Source of the DNA: Methanobacteriota archaeon
GTDB lineage: Archaea; Thermoplasmatota; Poseidoniia; Poseidoniales; Thalassarchaeaceae
Length of the DNA: 64,000 nucleotides
Reading direction: 5' to 3'
Assembly: GCA_019654055.1 (NCBI GenBank)
Contig: BPDA01000004.1
Coordinates: 1,097-65,096 of the forward strand
Shown here: in pieces, positions 29,601-39,100 of the stretch
Layout of the letters: the number at the start of each line of letters is the position of its first letter
Numbering within the stretch: position 1 is the first letter of the stretch
Translations under genes and position numbers: made by a program
The notes under the pieces: generated by a model
Databases searched by the model: none
What the model saw: the letters and a program-made list of their open reading frames with translations, nothing else
Told to the model about the DNA's origin: nothing

Positions 29601-32475
29601 TCATGGAGAGACCTCCGAGGCCGCGGCTAACTGGACCGCGACTGATCCCAACGACATCGACTCGGACGGGGACACCCTGCCCGATGGGTGGGAGGCCCGC
29701 TACGCCTGCTCTTGGAAGAAGGACAACGCCGGAATCAACCCGCTGAACGGCTCCGACCATCTGAACAATCCCGATGGGGACGGTTACGACATCAACCACG
29801 ACGGCGTCCTCGATCCAGAGGAGAGCCTGGTCAACTGGCTCGAGTACCACCTCAAGTCCGAGATACTGTACGGCGACCAGTCAGCCTCCGGCATGGAGTA
29901 TCCCGAGAATTTCACCACCCTGCTGTGGAACGAGACCTGGATGAACTTCGCCGACGACTCGTTCGGGCACTTCACCAGCCCCGCATACAGCAGCCTAGTG
30001 AATGGCACCACTCCTCGGGACGTCGGCTCGGCCAATCCCCTCTCGTCCGACTCAGACAGGGACGGTATGCCTGACGGATGGGAGTTCTACCACGCCAGAT
30101 GGAGCCTGTTCGACGGACAGTGGACACTCAACCCGGTCGACGAGAGAGACAGGACGGGCGACCCCGACGGTGACGGGATGAACAACTGGGAGGAATACAA
30201 CGTAATCGACAGCAACCTCAGCGAAACCGACGAATTGATCACCGTGCCCCAGTTTTACCTCCTCAGTGTGGGCGGCGAGCTGCTGGCCTCGCCATGGCTG
30301 TCGGCCGAGTCAGCAGCCTCATTCGGGACCTTCCTCACAGAGGAGCAGATAAACAAGAGCGGTATGACTGCAGACCCGAACGATCCGGACACCGACGACG
30401 ACGGACTGCTCGACGGAATCGAGCTGATATTCACTCGCTGGAACTCAACCGACGAGGTATGGACGCTGAACCCGCTGGTCGCTGGTGACGGCAACTACGA
30501 CTCAGACAGGGACGGCATCACCGACCTAGTTGAGCTGAACTTGACACTGAACAACCCCGCCAACGGCGGCCTCTCGCCCCCCGACGCCCCGAGGATGTGG
30601 GAGGAGGCAGAGCAACTGGACCCCGACGAGGCGGTCAACCGTGTGTACAGGATACTGTTCAACAAGGAGGGCAGGGCCGAGCTGGCGATAGCCCAGTTTG
30701 AGTCTTGGCAGGATGGCTCGACCGCACAGCCGGTGGTCTCGGCCCTGCTGGGTGCCTCTGACCCCAACGCCGAGGACACCGACCGAGATGGAATGAGCGA
30801 CGGCTACGAGTACTGGTTCACGGAGTGGAACCTCGAGGACAACAAGTGGGAGATGAACCTCCTGACCGACAGTGACATCCACGTCGACTCGGACGAAGAC
30901 TCGTTCGATTGCAACGGTGACGGGCACATCTCGGACTCGGAGTCCTTCGACAACCTCGCTGAGTACGATGCTAGAGTGTACGGCAAGCGCTCAGCCGTCG
31001 ATACAATACCGAATGGGACCGGGCTGGTGTCCTACGGTGCAGATGCGGTGACTGCGCAAATCGAGGAGAATGGCTTGACGTACGAGGCAGCATTCGCCCA
31101 ACTCTACGTCATGTTCTCGACCAAGAGCCTGGTCTCTGCCGAGCGCGCCGGATTGATCAACGAGATTGATCCGGACACATTCAACTACAGCATCGCCGGG
31201 GTCAGCGACCCGACCGACGACGACTCGGACAGGGACGGGATGCCCGACGGCTGGGAGTTCTGCTACTCCATCTACGGCGAGTTCCTGCCGGTGAATGCCT
31301 ACAGGTGGTCGATGAATCCAATCAATCCCTTGGACATCGACTACGACCCCGACGCGGATGGCTGGTACGACAGATCGTGGGAAGACATCCCGGCCCCGCA
31401 GGGAACTTGGGAGGGGAGGCAGTTCACCCCCGCGCCCCCTGAGCAGCAACTCGAACAGGGGTTCCTAGGGCTGTACTTCAGCAACTTGATGGAATATCTG
31501 AACGGCACCCACCCGTTGGACACTGACTCGGATGACGACTCTATGGTGATGAAGCCAATCATGCAGAACGGGGTTGTAATCGACTACGTGCAAGACACCA
31601 ACCTGTCGGATGGCAGGGAGGTCTTCAAGTACGGCACCAACCCACTTGACAACGACACCGACGGCGACATGATGCCCGACTTCTACGAGTACTATCGAGG
31701 CTGGAACGAGGGCAACGACAACTGGTCTTCCTACCTCAAAATATCCGTGGTCTGGCAGCAGATTACCGCGACCAACTGGAAACCGGTCAACATAACCGGG
31801 TCGAGCATCGCGAGGCCCGAGATGTCATGGACTTGGTTTACCCACGATGCAACCGATCCCTCGGACGCGGGCCAGGACGCAGACAACGACGGCAGCTGGG
31901 ACTGCTCGAGCGGCAGTTGCCTCTATGTCCCATACAACAACTTCCAGGAGTACTACGGGCTCGTCAACGCCTCTCTGGCCTCACCATCGCTGGTCAGGCA
32001 GGCTGGGCTGTACGACTGCTCGGGTAACATAGTACAGGAGTGGTGGCAGCTGCGCGAATCCCTGCTAGGAACCTGCTCGGGCAGCGCTGCCCTGAGCTCG
32101 AACTACTTCCGGATGTACCGGGTCAACAACGCCGACATGCTGTATGCGCTGATTATCAACGACAACGACGTCGATTACGAGGACATAGACACCAGCGACG
32201 ACGAGGTGCTGGTTAACGGAGCTTGGGCCGACGAGTACCAGAGGTTCGCAGGGGACCAGTACCACCTGCCCAACACTGGATTGGGCGAGTACGTCTACGG
32301 ATGGTGGCTGATTGACATCGACGGCGACCAGATTGCCGACGGCACCGACCCGGCTAACTGGGACACCGACGGCGACTGGCTGAACGACTTCTTCGAGATC
32401 GAGGACGACATGCTGGATGGAGTCAGGGGCAACAGTGGCTCCCCCATCAGGTACGACGACCGGACCACTAGTTGA
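26638..32475 (+). CDS. Giant (about 1900 aa) secreted protein with many thrombospondin-type-3-like Ca-binding repeats and a central beta-propeller-like region
   Basis: The probable start is the ATG at 26755, with GAGGT 7 nt upstream; it gives MRRKQTALLITILLLSSLAFISQ (signal/anchor). More than 15 copies of D-x-D-x-D-G-hPDGWE (DTDGDGLPDGYE, DSDLDGMPDGWEF, DTDGDGMPDGWEM, DSDRDGMPDGWEF ...). Residues ~430-760 hold repeated blade-like strings (LLVGSRYGISVID, FLIIGSNRGLHTISL, LLLIGTNAGMIAWN, VWVGTAGGLHLLNL, VLIGSRDGTWCLEG). No C-terminal TM. Confidence 0.85.
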   Translation: MTLTTATPSPSTLPDASERRSTIIISQPTALKTAYRGNTMRRKQTALLITILLLSSLAFISQTRPQSSVSSTDPITADRGGPPVTDEDGDRIPDLHESIFGNVRFVESSTGVVSVNGLNPMNATDNMSDHDNDGASALLEFCWPYTLDTCFDRLSLTGKPPQFTESGLREYLDPRVADTDGDGLPDGYEIYMCTEGGLGYQNATNSWQCLWFDPLDPSDSIEDIDKCDDFSFGCGDGFDVDRDGDIDIGERYTNSEEYLYGTPDDWLTERDGLWCAGEIPGLSDDSCQTEVARATGDSGWLGSDPTEPDSDYYTWSEVIAVGLAVPGDGIPDGWEVHYGLDPRNSSDAIMDTDMDGWDLDRDGFIIPDISTSTAHWGEAFSNYEEYMIHHDDGAWVTPGLRGASFSDGESETSSFDQSTSPGLVDGAVHTVLADSARDRLLVGSRYGISVIDPFGGTASLHELPSGMEIHTMVRWSPNDSDFLIIGSNRGLHTISLENGLPQMDSMSESDLGPVESIYPLDTGSGDLDLILFGNRSAWTATIAVQGDGAEASVGEAVLSGAMTDMLVDSEADVLSAVHVPMFGRGPLLLIGTNAGMIAWNTTDGSTSIGDPWWVFDRENAEDFVQRADLLNVTKSAVVNALVVAGPLDALGGVEEVTGVWVGTAGGLHLLNLQLLVQMPRTAFDSDRMYNLERWAEGANDVRSILPMDDNKVLIGSRDGTWCLEGDHSGILGLYLNQTRIPGLVTSLTTLEYGSSLWIFAGISPGRYMNIMPIDPTSKDSDLDGMPDGWEFIYGLDPTDPYDRYRDADADGVHFSTSDGFEFDRDWTNLDEYRFVSVTEGGFNGTDPRDIDTDGDGLTDGEEYWGWFAESTNFDCHYLNDEYLCDEETGELAEQVHLEGWLGSGAGGGTDGPTDPTNPDTDGDGMPDGWEMKHRRWVGDVYNGGNLWTLDPRDPSDKDGDADGDGLSNLCEYMWGNLLENVLREGLASHGETSEAAANWTATDPNDIDSDGDTLPDGWEARYACSWKKDNAGINPLNGSDHLNNPDGDGYDINHDGVLDPEESLVNWLEYHLKSEILYGDQSASGMEYPENFTTLLWNETWMNFADDSFGHFTSPAYSSLVNGTTPRDVGSANPLSSDSDRDGMPDGWEFYHARWSLFDGQWTLNPVDERDRTGDPDGDGMNNWEEYNVIDSNLSETDELITVPQFYLLSVGGELLASPWLSAESAASFGTFLTEEQINKSGMTADPNDPDTDDDGLLDGIELIFTRWNSTDEVWTLNPLVAGDGNYDSDRDGITDLVELNLTLNNPANGGLSPPDAPRMWEEAEQLDPDEAVNRVYRILFNKEGRAELAIAQFESWQDGSTAQPVVSALLGASDPNAEDTDRDGMSDGYEYWFTEWNLEDNKWEMNLLTDSDIHVDSDEDSFDCNGDGHISDSESFDNLAEYDARVYGKRSAVDTIPNGTGLVSYGADAVTAQIEENGLTYEAAFAQLYVMFSTKSLVSAERAGLINEIDPDTFNYSIAGVSDPTDDDSDRDGMPDGWEFCYSIYGEFLPVNAYRWSMNPINPLDIDYDPDADGWYDRSWEDIPAPQGTWEGRQFTPAPPEQQLEQGFLGLYFSNLMEYLNGTHPLDTDSDDDSMVMKPIMQNGVVIDYVQDTNLSDGREVFKYGTNPLDNDTDGDMMPDFYEYYRGWNEGNDNWSSYLKISVVWQQITATNWKPVNITGSSIARPEMSWTWFTHDATDPSDAGQDADNDGSWDCSSGSCLYVPYNNFQEYYGLVNASLASPSLVRQAGLYDCSGNIVQEWWQLRESLLGTCSGSAALSSNYFRMYRVNNADMLYALIINDNDVDYEDIDTSDDEVLVNGAWADEYQRFAGDQYHLPNTGLGEYVYGWWLIDIDGDQIADGTDPANWDTDGDWLNDFFEIEDDMLDGVRGNSGSPIRYDDRTTS

Positions 32476-32476
32476 T

Positions 32477-32502
32477 TTCTTGAGTGGAACCACTCACGCT
32501 CC
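32477..32502 (+). promoter_or_regulatory. Candidate shared intergenic motif, copy B, containing palindrome TGAGTGG-AA-CCACTCA
   Basis: TTCTTGAGTGGA at 32477-32488 is identical to 23207-23218. Here it extends into a perfect 7-bp inverted repeat (32481-32496). It lies 2 nt after the stop of the giant TSP3 gene and 18 nt before the ATG at 32506. Confidence 0.25.
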
Positions 32503-32505
32503 GGC

Positions 32506-32976
32506 ATGGACGAGGATGCGAGGACCCCTTCACCCGAGGCACCCGTCGAGGAGAGGCTGCTGTTTCTGCAGGAGAACATGGTCAGCCTCACCAATCAGCT
32601 CAGCATGCCTGTAATCGAGGTGGCACTGGTACTTTCTAAGTACATCCGAATCCTGCTCGATTCGCTGCAGAACGCCGCCGCCAGCAACAATGAGGCCTTA
32701 CCGCAGAGGCTGACCGAGCCGTGGCAGATAGAGTCCGATGCCGATGCGCCGAGCATCGACTCGTTCCCGCTGGACAAGCTACTGGGAAGCTTGGACGAGG
32801 ACAGGATGGACATCCTCGATACCCTGATCCGGACCATTCTGAACGAGAGCCATCTCCCATTCGTCCCGGCCCTGACGCTGCTCAGAGAGTGGGAGGCTCT
32901 GGCTCGGACCCAGCTGGTAGGCGCCAGCGGACCGGGGCAGCTGTTCAGCCCCTTGGAACTGCCTGAGGGCTTCTAA
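32506..32976 (+). CDS. Small acidic helical protein (function unknown), immediately downstream of the giant TSP3-repeat gene
   Basis: 156-aa ORF with neighbour-like codon usage, no TM segment and no recognised motif. Confidence 0.5.
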   Translation: MDEDARTPSPEAPVEERLLFLQENMVSLTNQLSMPVIEVALVLSKYIRILLDSLQNAAASNNEALPQRLTEPWQIESDADAPSIDSFPLDKLLGSLDEDRMDILDTLIRTILNESHLPFVPALTLLREWEALARTQLVGASGPGQLFSPLELPEGF

Positions 32977-33309
32977 TCAACCGCTCTCGGCCTTGGCGAC
33001 AATCCCGCTCGAGACCCACCATGCATCAACGATTGACCAGACGAAGAGAACCGGCCAGAGGACGACTGAGAAGATTAGCGGGAGCTGAATCACGAAGCAA
33101 CCGAGCGCCTTGCGGTGCTGGCGGTTGAAGTGCTGCCCGAGGTAGAGGAAGGGGACGAGCGACAGGGCGAGGGCCACTAGGGGACGCAGGGCCCCCCATG
33201 GCCCGATTCCCCCGCTCAACTCGTGCCAAATCACCCCGATGACGCCGAGGGCGCTAGCCTCACCAGGCTCCTCGTCCGAGGCGACGCTGACCACGTACTC
33301 ATCTGCCAT
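32977..33309 (-). CDS. Small integral membrane protein (function unknown)
   Basis: 110-aa ORF with an acidic N-terminus and two to three hydrophobic helices (ALGVIGVIWHEL.., LRPLVALALSLVPFLYLG, FVIQLPLIFSVVLWPVLFVWSIV). Confidence 0.45.
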   Translation of the reverse strand: MADEYVVSVASDEEPGEASALGVIGVIWHELSGGIGPWGALRPLVALALSLVPFLYLGQHFNRQHRKALGCFVIQLPLIFSVVLWPVLFVWSIVDAWWVSSGIVAKAESG

Positions 33310-33396
33310 CGAGGGTCCGCCTACGTTCCCGATGCATGAATCTGACGCCGACGCGTATGGCGAAAAGGCGAACAGCGAAGACGTCGACAGCGACGC

Positions 33397-34386
33397 GTGA
33401 GTGAACCACGCCTACTGGTCACGGGATTCCCGGCATTCTCCGACTTCGAGAGCAACATCTCCGAGAAGGTGCTCGCTAGGTTGGAGGACGCGGGGCTGCC
33501 GGGCATCGATGTCGTGACATGGTTGCTCAGCGTGGACGAGGCCGGTTCGCGCGCGGTCGCTGAGCAGATTCGCGAGGGCATTCAGGTTGACGGTATCCTC
33601 CATTTGGGCCTAGCAGCGAGGAGGGATTCGATATGCCTCGAGAGGCAGGCCCGCAACGACTTCTCAATGAGGGAGCCGGACAACTCCGGGAGGTTCCTTG
33701 ACTCGGGAGAGATAGTCGGAGATGGCCCCCGTACGTTGCTCACCACCGCATCTATCCACGTCATGGACGAGGAGTTCGAGCACGACGACAACGTCGGCTG
33801 GAGCGAGGACGCGGGCGGCTACGTTTGCAACGAGACCTTCTATCACACGCTGCTTGCGATTCGGGATTCTGGAAATGATCCCATTCCGACGCTGTTCGTG
33901 CATCTGCCTCCCGAGGCACATGTCGCTCTAGACACCCAAGTCGATGCAGTCAGGCGCATCGCTGCCTGCCTAGTCTCGAGACCGACCTACGAGGTCGTCG
34001 GCGGACTGCTGTTCGATAGTGAGGGACGAATCCTAGCTTGCAGGAGGCCTGAGGGCGATGCATGGGCCGGTTGGTGGGAGTTTCCAGGCGGCAAGATCGA
34101 AGCCCACGAAGGGCCTGAATCTGCCCTAATCAGGGAACTGGTCGAGGAAATCGGAGTCTCCACGAAACCTACACGTAGAATCGAGCAGACTCGCTACGAG
34201 TACCCAGACAGGTCCGTTAAACTGCAACTCTGGGATTGCGGGGTGGTGGACCCGGACTCGATAAGGCTGATTGAGCACGATGAGGCCAGATGGCTGTCTG
34301 TGGAGGAGCTGCTGGAAGTCAAGTGGCTACCTGCCGACCTGCCGATAGTCGAGAGGTGGCGGCGCGAGGGCATCCCGCGTGCCTAG
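33397..34386 (+). CDS. Fusion protein: pyroglutamyl-peptidase I-like (C15) N-terminal domain + Nudix (MutT-like) hydrolase C-terminal domain
   Basis: Pcp-like: LLVTGFPAFSDFESN; HLGLAARRDSICLERQARN (catalytic Glu context); SEDAGGYVCNETFYH (Cys); LFVHLPP (His). Nudix box: GGKIEAHEGPESALIRELVEEIGV, preceded by WWEFPGG. Confidence 0.8.
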   Translation: MSEPRLLVTGFPAFSDFESNISEKVLARLEDAGLPGIDVVTWLLSVDEAGSRAVAEQIREGIQVDGILHLGLAARRDSICLERQARNDFSMREPDNSGRFLDSGEIVGDGPRTLLTTASIHVMDEEFEHDDNVGWSEDAGGYVCNETFYHTLLAIRDSGNDPIPTLFVHLPPEAHVALDTQVDAVRRIAACLVSRPTYEVVGGLLFDSEGRILACRRPEGDAWAGWWEFPGGKIEAHEGPESALIRELVEEIGVSTKPTRRIEQTRYEYPDRSVKLQLWDCGVVDPDSIRLIEHDEARWLSVEELLEVKWLPADLPIVERWRREGIPRA

Positions 34387-34961
34387 CCTTCACCAATCGT
34401 CCGATTGCCCTCGCGATTGAACCACTCCACAGGCTCGCCCTCGTCAGTCATGGCCAATCCGTCCCCCACGCTACGTGGCACGGAATCACGACCCGCGTGC
34501 GATGTCCGCTGTTCCAGCCAGCCCGCGAGGTCATCTCCGGTCAGTCCGACTCTAATCTCTCCCCCCATCGCCCTCTCGGAGATAACAAACGACGCCTTGC
34601 CGGCCAGTGCGGCCTGACGAGACAGGGAAAACCCAGTCGACCCCCCGTCGAGTTCCATCGTCATCGCATCCAGAGCGGTGTCCAGAATCCTCTGGTTCTT
34701 CGTCGCCTCCAGAAGGGTGTCCAGAGACTCCGACGAACCAGTCATCATCACCGCTGACCTATCATTCGGGAAGTCGGTGTTGGAAGGGACCACATCGGGA
34801 ATCCAATCTGAAAACATCGCCTTGACTGCTTCGACAACTCTGGAAGGGTCCTCGTGCGGCTGGACCACCGTCGAGACGCTGATTAGCGGTGTCACGACCG
34901 TTCGAGGGTGCTCATGCCCATGAGTTCTCTGCATCAGGAGACTCCCGGGAACGCGAATCAT
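34383..34961 (-). CDS. Conserved archaeal protein, possibly UPF0201-type RNA-binding protein
   Basis: The pattern V.V.T.V.P.ED..RV..A......, and later the TGFSLSRQAALAGKASFV...GGEIRV string, resemble that family from memory. No hard motif. The probable start is an internal Met. Confidence 0.4.
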   Translation of the reverse strand: MIRVPGSLLMQRTHGHEHPRTVVTPLISVSTVVQPHEDPSRVVEAVKAMFSDWIPDVVPSNTDFPNDRSAVMMTGSSESLDTLLEATKNQRILDTALDAMTMELDGGSTGFSLSRQAALAGKASFVISERAMGGEIRVGLTGDDLAGWLEQRTSHAGRDSVPRSVGDGLAMTDEGEPVEWFNREGNRTIGEG

Positions 34962-34968
34962 TCAAACG

Positions 34969-35718
34969 ATGCGAGAATGGGCCCGGGGCATGGCTCAACG
35001 CTCACCCGTGCTCGGAGCCGCATTGTTGCTGGCACCCACTCTCTGCGTCGTCGCTCTGCGCTACGGCTCGGAAGCTCTCGAGGAGGTCATCTCGCAGGAT
35101 GACACCCTCAGGTATTCGATACACGGCGCGGCCCTCTTGGTGGGCGTGGTGATGTTCATGCGGTATCGCAAGATTGAGGATCACGAGTTCCACAGGTCGA
35201 GGGCGATACGAAAACTCTCTAGGACTTACTCACGCGAGGACCGTGGCCTATGGGACAAGGGCGACGCCGCCATCAAGCGCATGGAGGCCAGAGCCAATTC
35301 TCCCCAGACCGGGCGCAGTGCACTGAAGGCGCAAGCGCTGAAATCTGGGACCGTCGGCTCCCTGAACACCGAACGCTCTGAGGAGGACATAGGAGAGTTC
35401 GGCGAGACGCCTCAGCCCGCCACCGGAATCAGCACCATGGTCGATGAGGAGGCGGTGGCCGAGCCGAAGCGCCAGGGTATACTTTCGAGAATCTCCGAGA
35501 CAATCAACAGGAGGCTCGACGCCTCTGTAGAGCGTAGGATGGAGCGCAAAGCCTCGAATGCCAGCAAGAAGTCACAGAAGAAAGACTCGTCCGAGGATCA
35601 ATGGTCGACCCCAGCTCCATCGTCATTGACTCGTTCGGTCGTCTCCTGCGGGGCCTGCGGGGCCCTGAACAACTCTGGAACCCCCTACTGTACTTCGTGC
35701 GGCGAGTTCCTGACTTGA
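34969..35718 (+). CDS. Membrane protein with C-terminal zinc-ribbon
   Basis: Two N-terminal hydrophobic helices, a charged linker, and a C-terminal CGACGALNNSGTPYCTSCG (CxxC-x10-CxxC). Confidence 0.55.
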   Translation: MREWARGMAQRSPVLGAALLLAPTLCVVALRYGSEALEEVISQDDTLRYSIHGAALLVGVVMFMRYRKIEDHEFHRSRAIRKLSRTYSREDRGLWDKGDAAIKRMEARANSPQTGRSALKAQALKSGTVGSLNTERSEEDIGEFGETPQPATGISTMVDEEAVAEPKRQGILSRISETINRRLDASVERRMERKASNASKKSQKKDSSEDQWSTPAPSSLTRSVVSCGACGALNNSGTPYCTSCGEFLT

Positions 35719-35757
35719 GGGTGGGGTTGAAAACAGTCGGTCCAGAGCCCCGGGTAG

Positions 35758-36916
<1,159 letters not shown>

Positions 36917-37243
36917 CTATTCGGACTCGCCCCAGTCCAGAGCCCGGTTTGGCGTAGCGGCTAGGGGCTCGCCGCCCACAAGTCCTGAAAGCTGGAATCC
37001 GAGACTCGTCGGGTTGCCCTCAAGCGTCAGGCTGAGAAACACTCTGCTACCAGCGGAGAGGTTGTCCAGGAATATCTCGTCGTCCTGGAACAGCCGGCTG
37101 GGTGAAACCGAGGAGATTCCGACCTTCGCACCCTCGGGCGCATGCACCCTCATGGCTGCCATCTCCCACGGCTCCTCCTGGACCCTTATCCCTAGGAGCA
37201 GCGATGCCCCCTCTGCGGCGATCCTCCACACGCAAATCTCCAC
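36917..37243 (-). CDS. Hypothetical protein
   Basis: 108-aa ORF co-directional with, and downstream of, the 588-aa exported protein. No motif recognised. Confidence 0.3.
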   Translation of the reverse strand: MEICVWRIAAEGASLLLGIRVQEEPWEMAAMRVHAPEGAKVGISSVSPSRLFQDDEIFLDNLSAGSRVFLSLTLEGNPTSLGFQLSGLVGGEPLAATPNRALDWGESE

Positions 37244-37320
37244 CTGCCTTCGTCATGTGGCGCAACAGGGGCTCACCCCAGTCCTGAGTCACCGCCCTCC
37301 AGGGGCTGTCACCGAGCTGC

Positions 37321-39087
37321 TTAAAGTGAGTACTCGATTTCCCCCTCGTCCACGACTTCGGCAGACACCGCCTCGGCGAGTCTCTCGCGCAGTCGACGCA
37401 GTCTTCGACGCTCATGCTCCTCGATATCGCTGGCCAGAGGTGCCCCACTGAAGATGGCGGCTCTGTTCCACCACAGAACCATTAGCAAGGGAGTCAACAG
37501 CATGAAGCCGGCGAACATGTAGAATCCTCTGGCCTCGTGGGACATATCCACAAATTCGTTTTCTACTGGTTCATAGGGCCCGTTGTAGGGCAGTGAGAAC
37601 TCATATTCCTCCATACCCATGGCCTGCCCCCAATCGATCCTCAGTGCATGTACTCCAAGTGGGACAATCATCATCGAGCCGTCGGTGGAATTCACCACTT
37701 CTCCCGTCTCCTGATTCAGTGTCATCAGCGTGAATGTTACGGGAGAGTCGCCTATCTTTTGGACGCGGACGTAAGACCCGTTCTCCTCAGTCACTGAGAA
37801 GGCGAACACATCGGTGGTGTCGGAAGCATCGAGACTACCCTCGATTGTGGCTGCTCCAAGGTCTAGGACTTGCCATCTGAAATCAGGCCCTCCAAGCTCC
37901 CATACTGTATCCGGAGCATCCCCGATAAGGGAGCCGTCACCCGGTTCTAGCGATCTCAGCATGATAGACCATGCTGCGGTTCTGCCCTGCGTGGTCAATC
38001 CGAACTCGACCGAGACGGTTTGTTCCGTGGTCTCAAACTCTTCTGCGCAGCCACTTCCGACGGGAAGGCTCGAGCCATCCATCTGGTGAAGCACGATCTC
38101 AACACTGACGATGTCTGTGAATGAACAGAACGGTTCCAGCATCATCTTGGCTCCCGAAGCAATGAGCAAGGAGTCCCCTTGCGAATCTGAAGCGGCGAGG
38201 TGCCCGTGGTAGAGAAGGGAAGATTCACCGTAGAAAGGCAGAGCCTCCCCGTGGCTCCATGGATTACTCAATTCACCCACATCAGGCGCCTCCGTGTCAT
38301 CGTCGTAACGAACAATCTCGAACTCATAGGGGGAGTAATCCTCCTCCGTTGAGTGAACGAGGCGAATCCACAACTCTCCTTGGGCCGGGTATTCGAAGTA
38401 GTGCCCCATCTCTGTTCTCTCGATGGTATCCACAAGCGACTTCGACTCCTCGTTTCTGTACCAGATCTCGATACCAATCTCACTGGGTCCCCTCAGACTG
38501 TTTAGCAGCATCACATCTCCGGAGTCTCCGACCACCATTATGGCATCCTTGTCACTCTGATTCTCCAGTGCTCCGACGTAGAGCACGCCCTCGGAAAGGA
38601 GGTCGATTACAGCACAGCTGTGCAACTGGCAGGGCGAAGTCGTGTTGATTTGAGGGTACTCGCCCTGACTTCCAGGAGGTGGGACTATGTTCGGCAGATC
38701 CTCGTACTCCGTCCATTCATCCATCCTGCTAAGTATCACTTCAGTCCTCAAATCACCAGACTCGGTTCCCGAATCGACGAGGAGTTGCCATGACACGTCA
38801 CCTTCGACCCATCCTGACCATTCCACGAGATGAGGGTCCTCATGACTCTCCTCTACTCCGTCAGCCCAGACGACGAGCTCCATCCCCTGACAACCGACCT
38901 TCAAGCACGAAACGCCAATCCACACCGGTCCGCTGGTACTGAGTGCCTCGTCGCTGAGCACTACCTTAGGGTCCTCCTCGGCACTGACTGAAGCGCTGAA
39001 CACAGCCAGTGCTATCATCGCAGCCAACAGCCCTGCGCGCACGCCTTGCATGTGAGGCCGACCCGGCTGCACCTTAGAATCCTTCAA
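37321..39087 (-). CDS. Exported protein with signal peptide, C-terminal TM anchor and charged cytoplasmic tail (function unknown)
   Basis: Signal-like GLLAAMIALAVFSASVSA. Acidic ectodomain. TM FYMFAGFMLLTPLLMVLWW. Tail ...EEHERRRLRRLRERL...VDEGEIEYSL. G+C is visibly lower (about 48% in one hand-counted line) than in the flanks. Confidence 0.7.
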   Translation of the reverse strand: MKDSKVQPGRPHMQGVRAGLLAAMIALAVFSASVSAEEDPKVVLSDEALSTSGPVWIGVSCLKVGCQGMELVVWADGVEESHEDPHLVEWSGWVEGDVSWQLLVDSGTESGDLRTEVILSRMDEWTEYEDLPNIVPPPGSQGEYPQINTTSPCQLHSCAVIDLLSEGVLYVGALENQSDKDAIMVVGDSGDVMLLNSLRGPSEIGIEIWYRNEESKSLVDTIERTEMGHYFEYPAQGELWIRLVHSTEEDYSPYEFEIVRYDDDTEAPDVGELSNPWSHGEALPFYGESSLLYHGHLAASDSQGDSLLIASGAKMMLEPFCSFTDIVSVEIVLHQMDGSSLPVGSGCAEEFETTEQTVSVEFGLTTQGRTAAWSIMLRSLEPGDGSLIGDAPDTVWELGGPDFRWQVLDLGAATIEGSLDASDTTDVFAFSVTEENGSYVRVQKIGDSPVTFTLMTLNQETGEVVNSTDGSMMIVPLGVHALRIDWGQAMGMEEYEFSLPYNGPYEPVENEFVDMSHEARGFYMFAGFMLLTPLLMVLWWNRAAIFSGAPLASDIEEHERRRLRRLRERLAEAVSAEVVDEGEIEYSL

Positions 39088-39100
39088 GCGAACCGCGTCA

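Noticed and set aside
26900-32400. DNA-level periodic repeats (gacggcgacggc..cccgacggctgggag) that might suggest a CRISPR-like or satellite array.
   Set aside because: The repeats are in frame within one continuous ORF. They encode the D-x-D-x-D-G-xPDGWE calcium-binding motif, have irregular spacing, and lack uniform spacer lengths.
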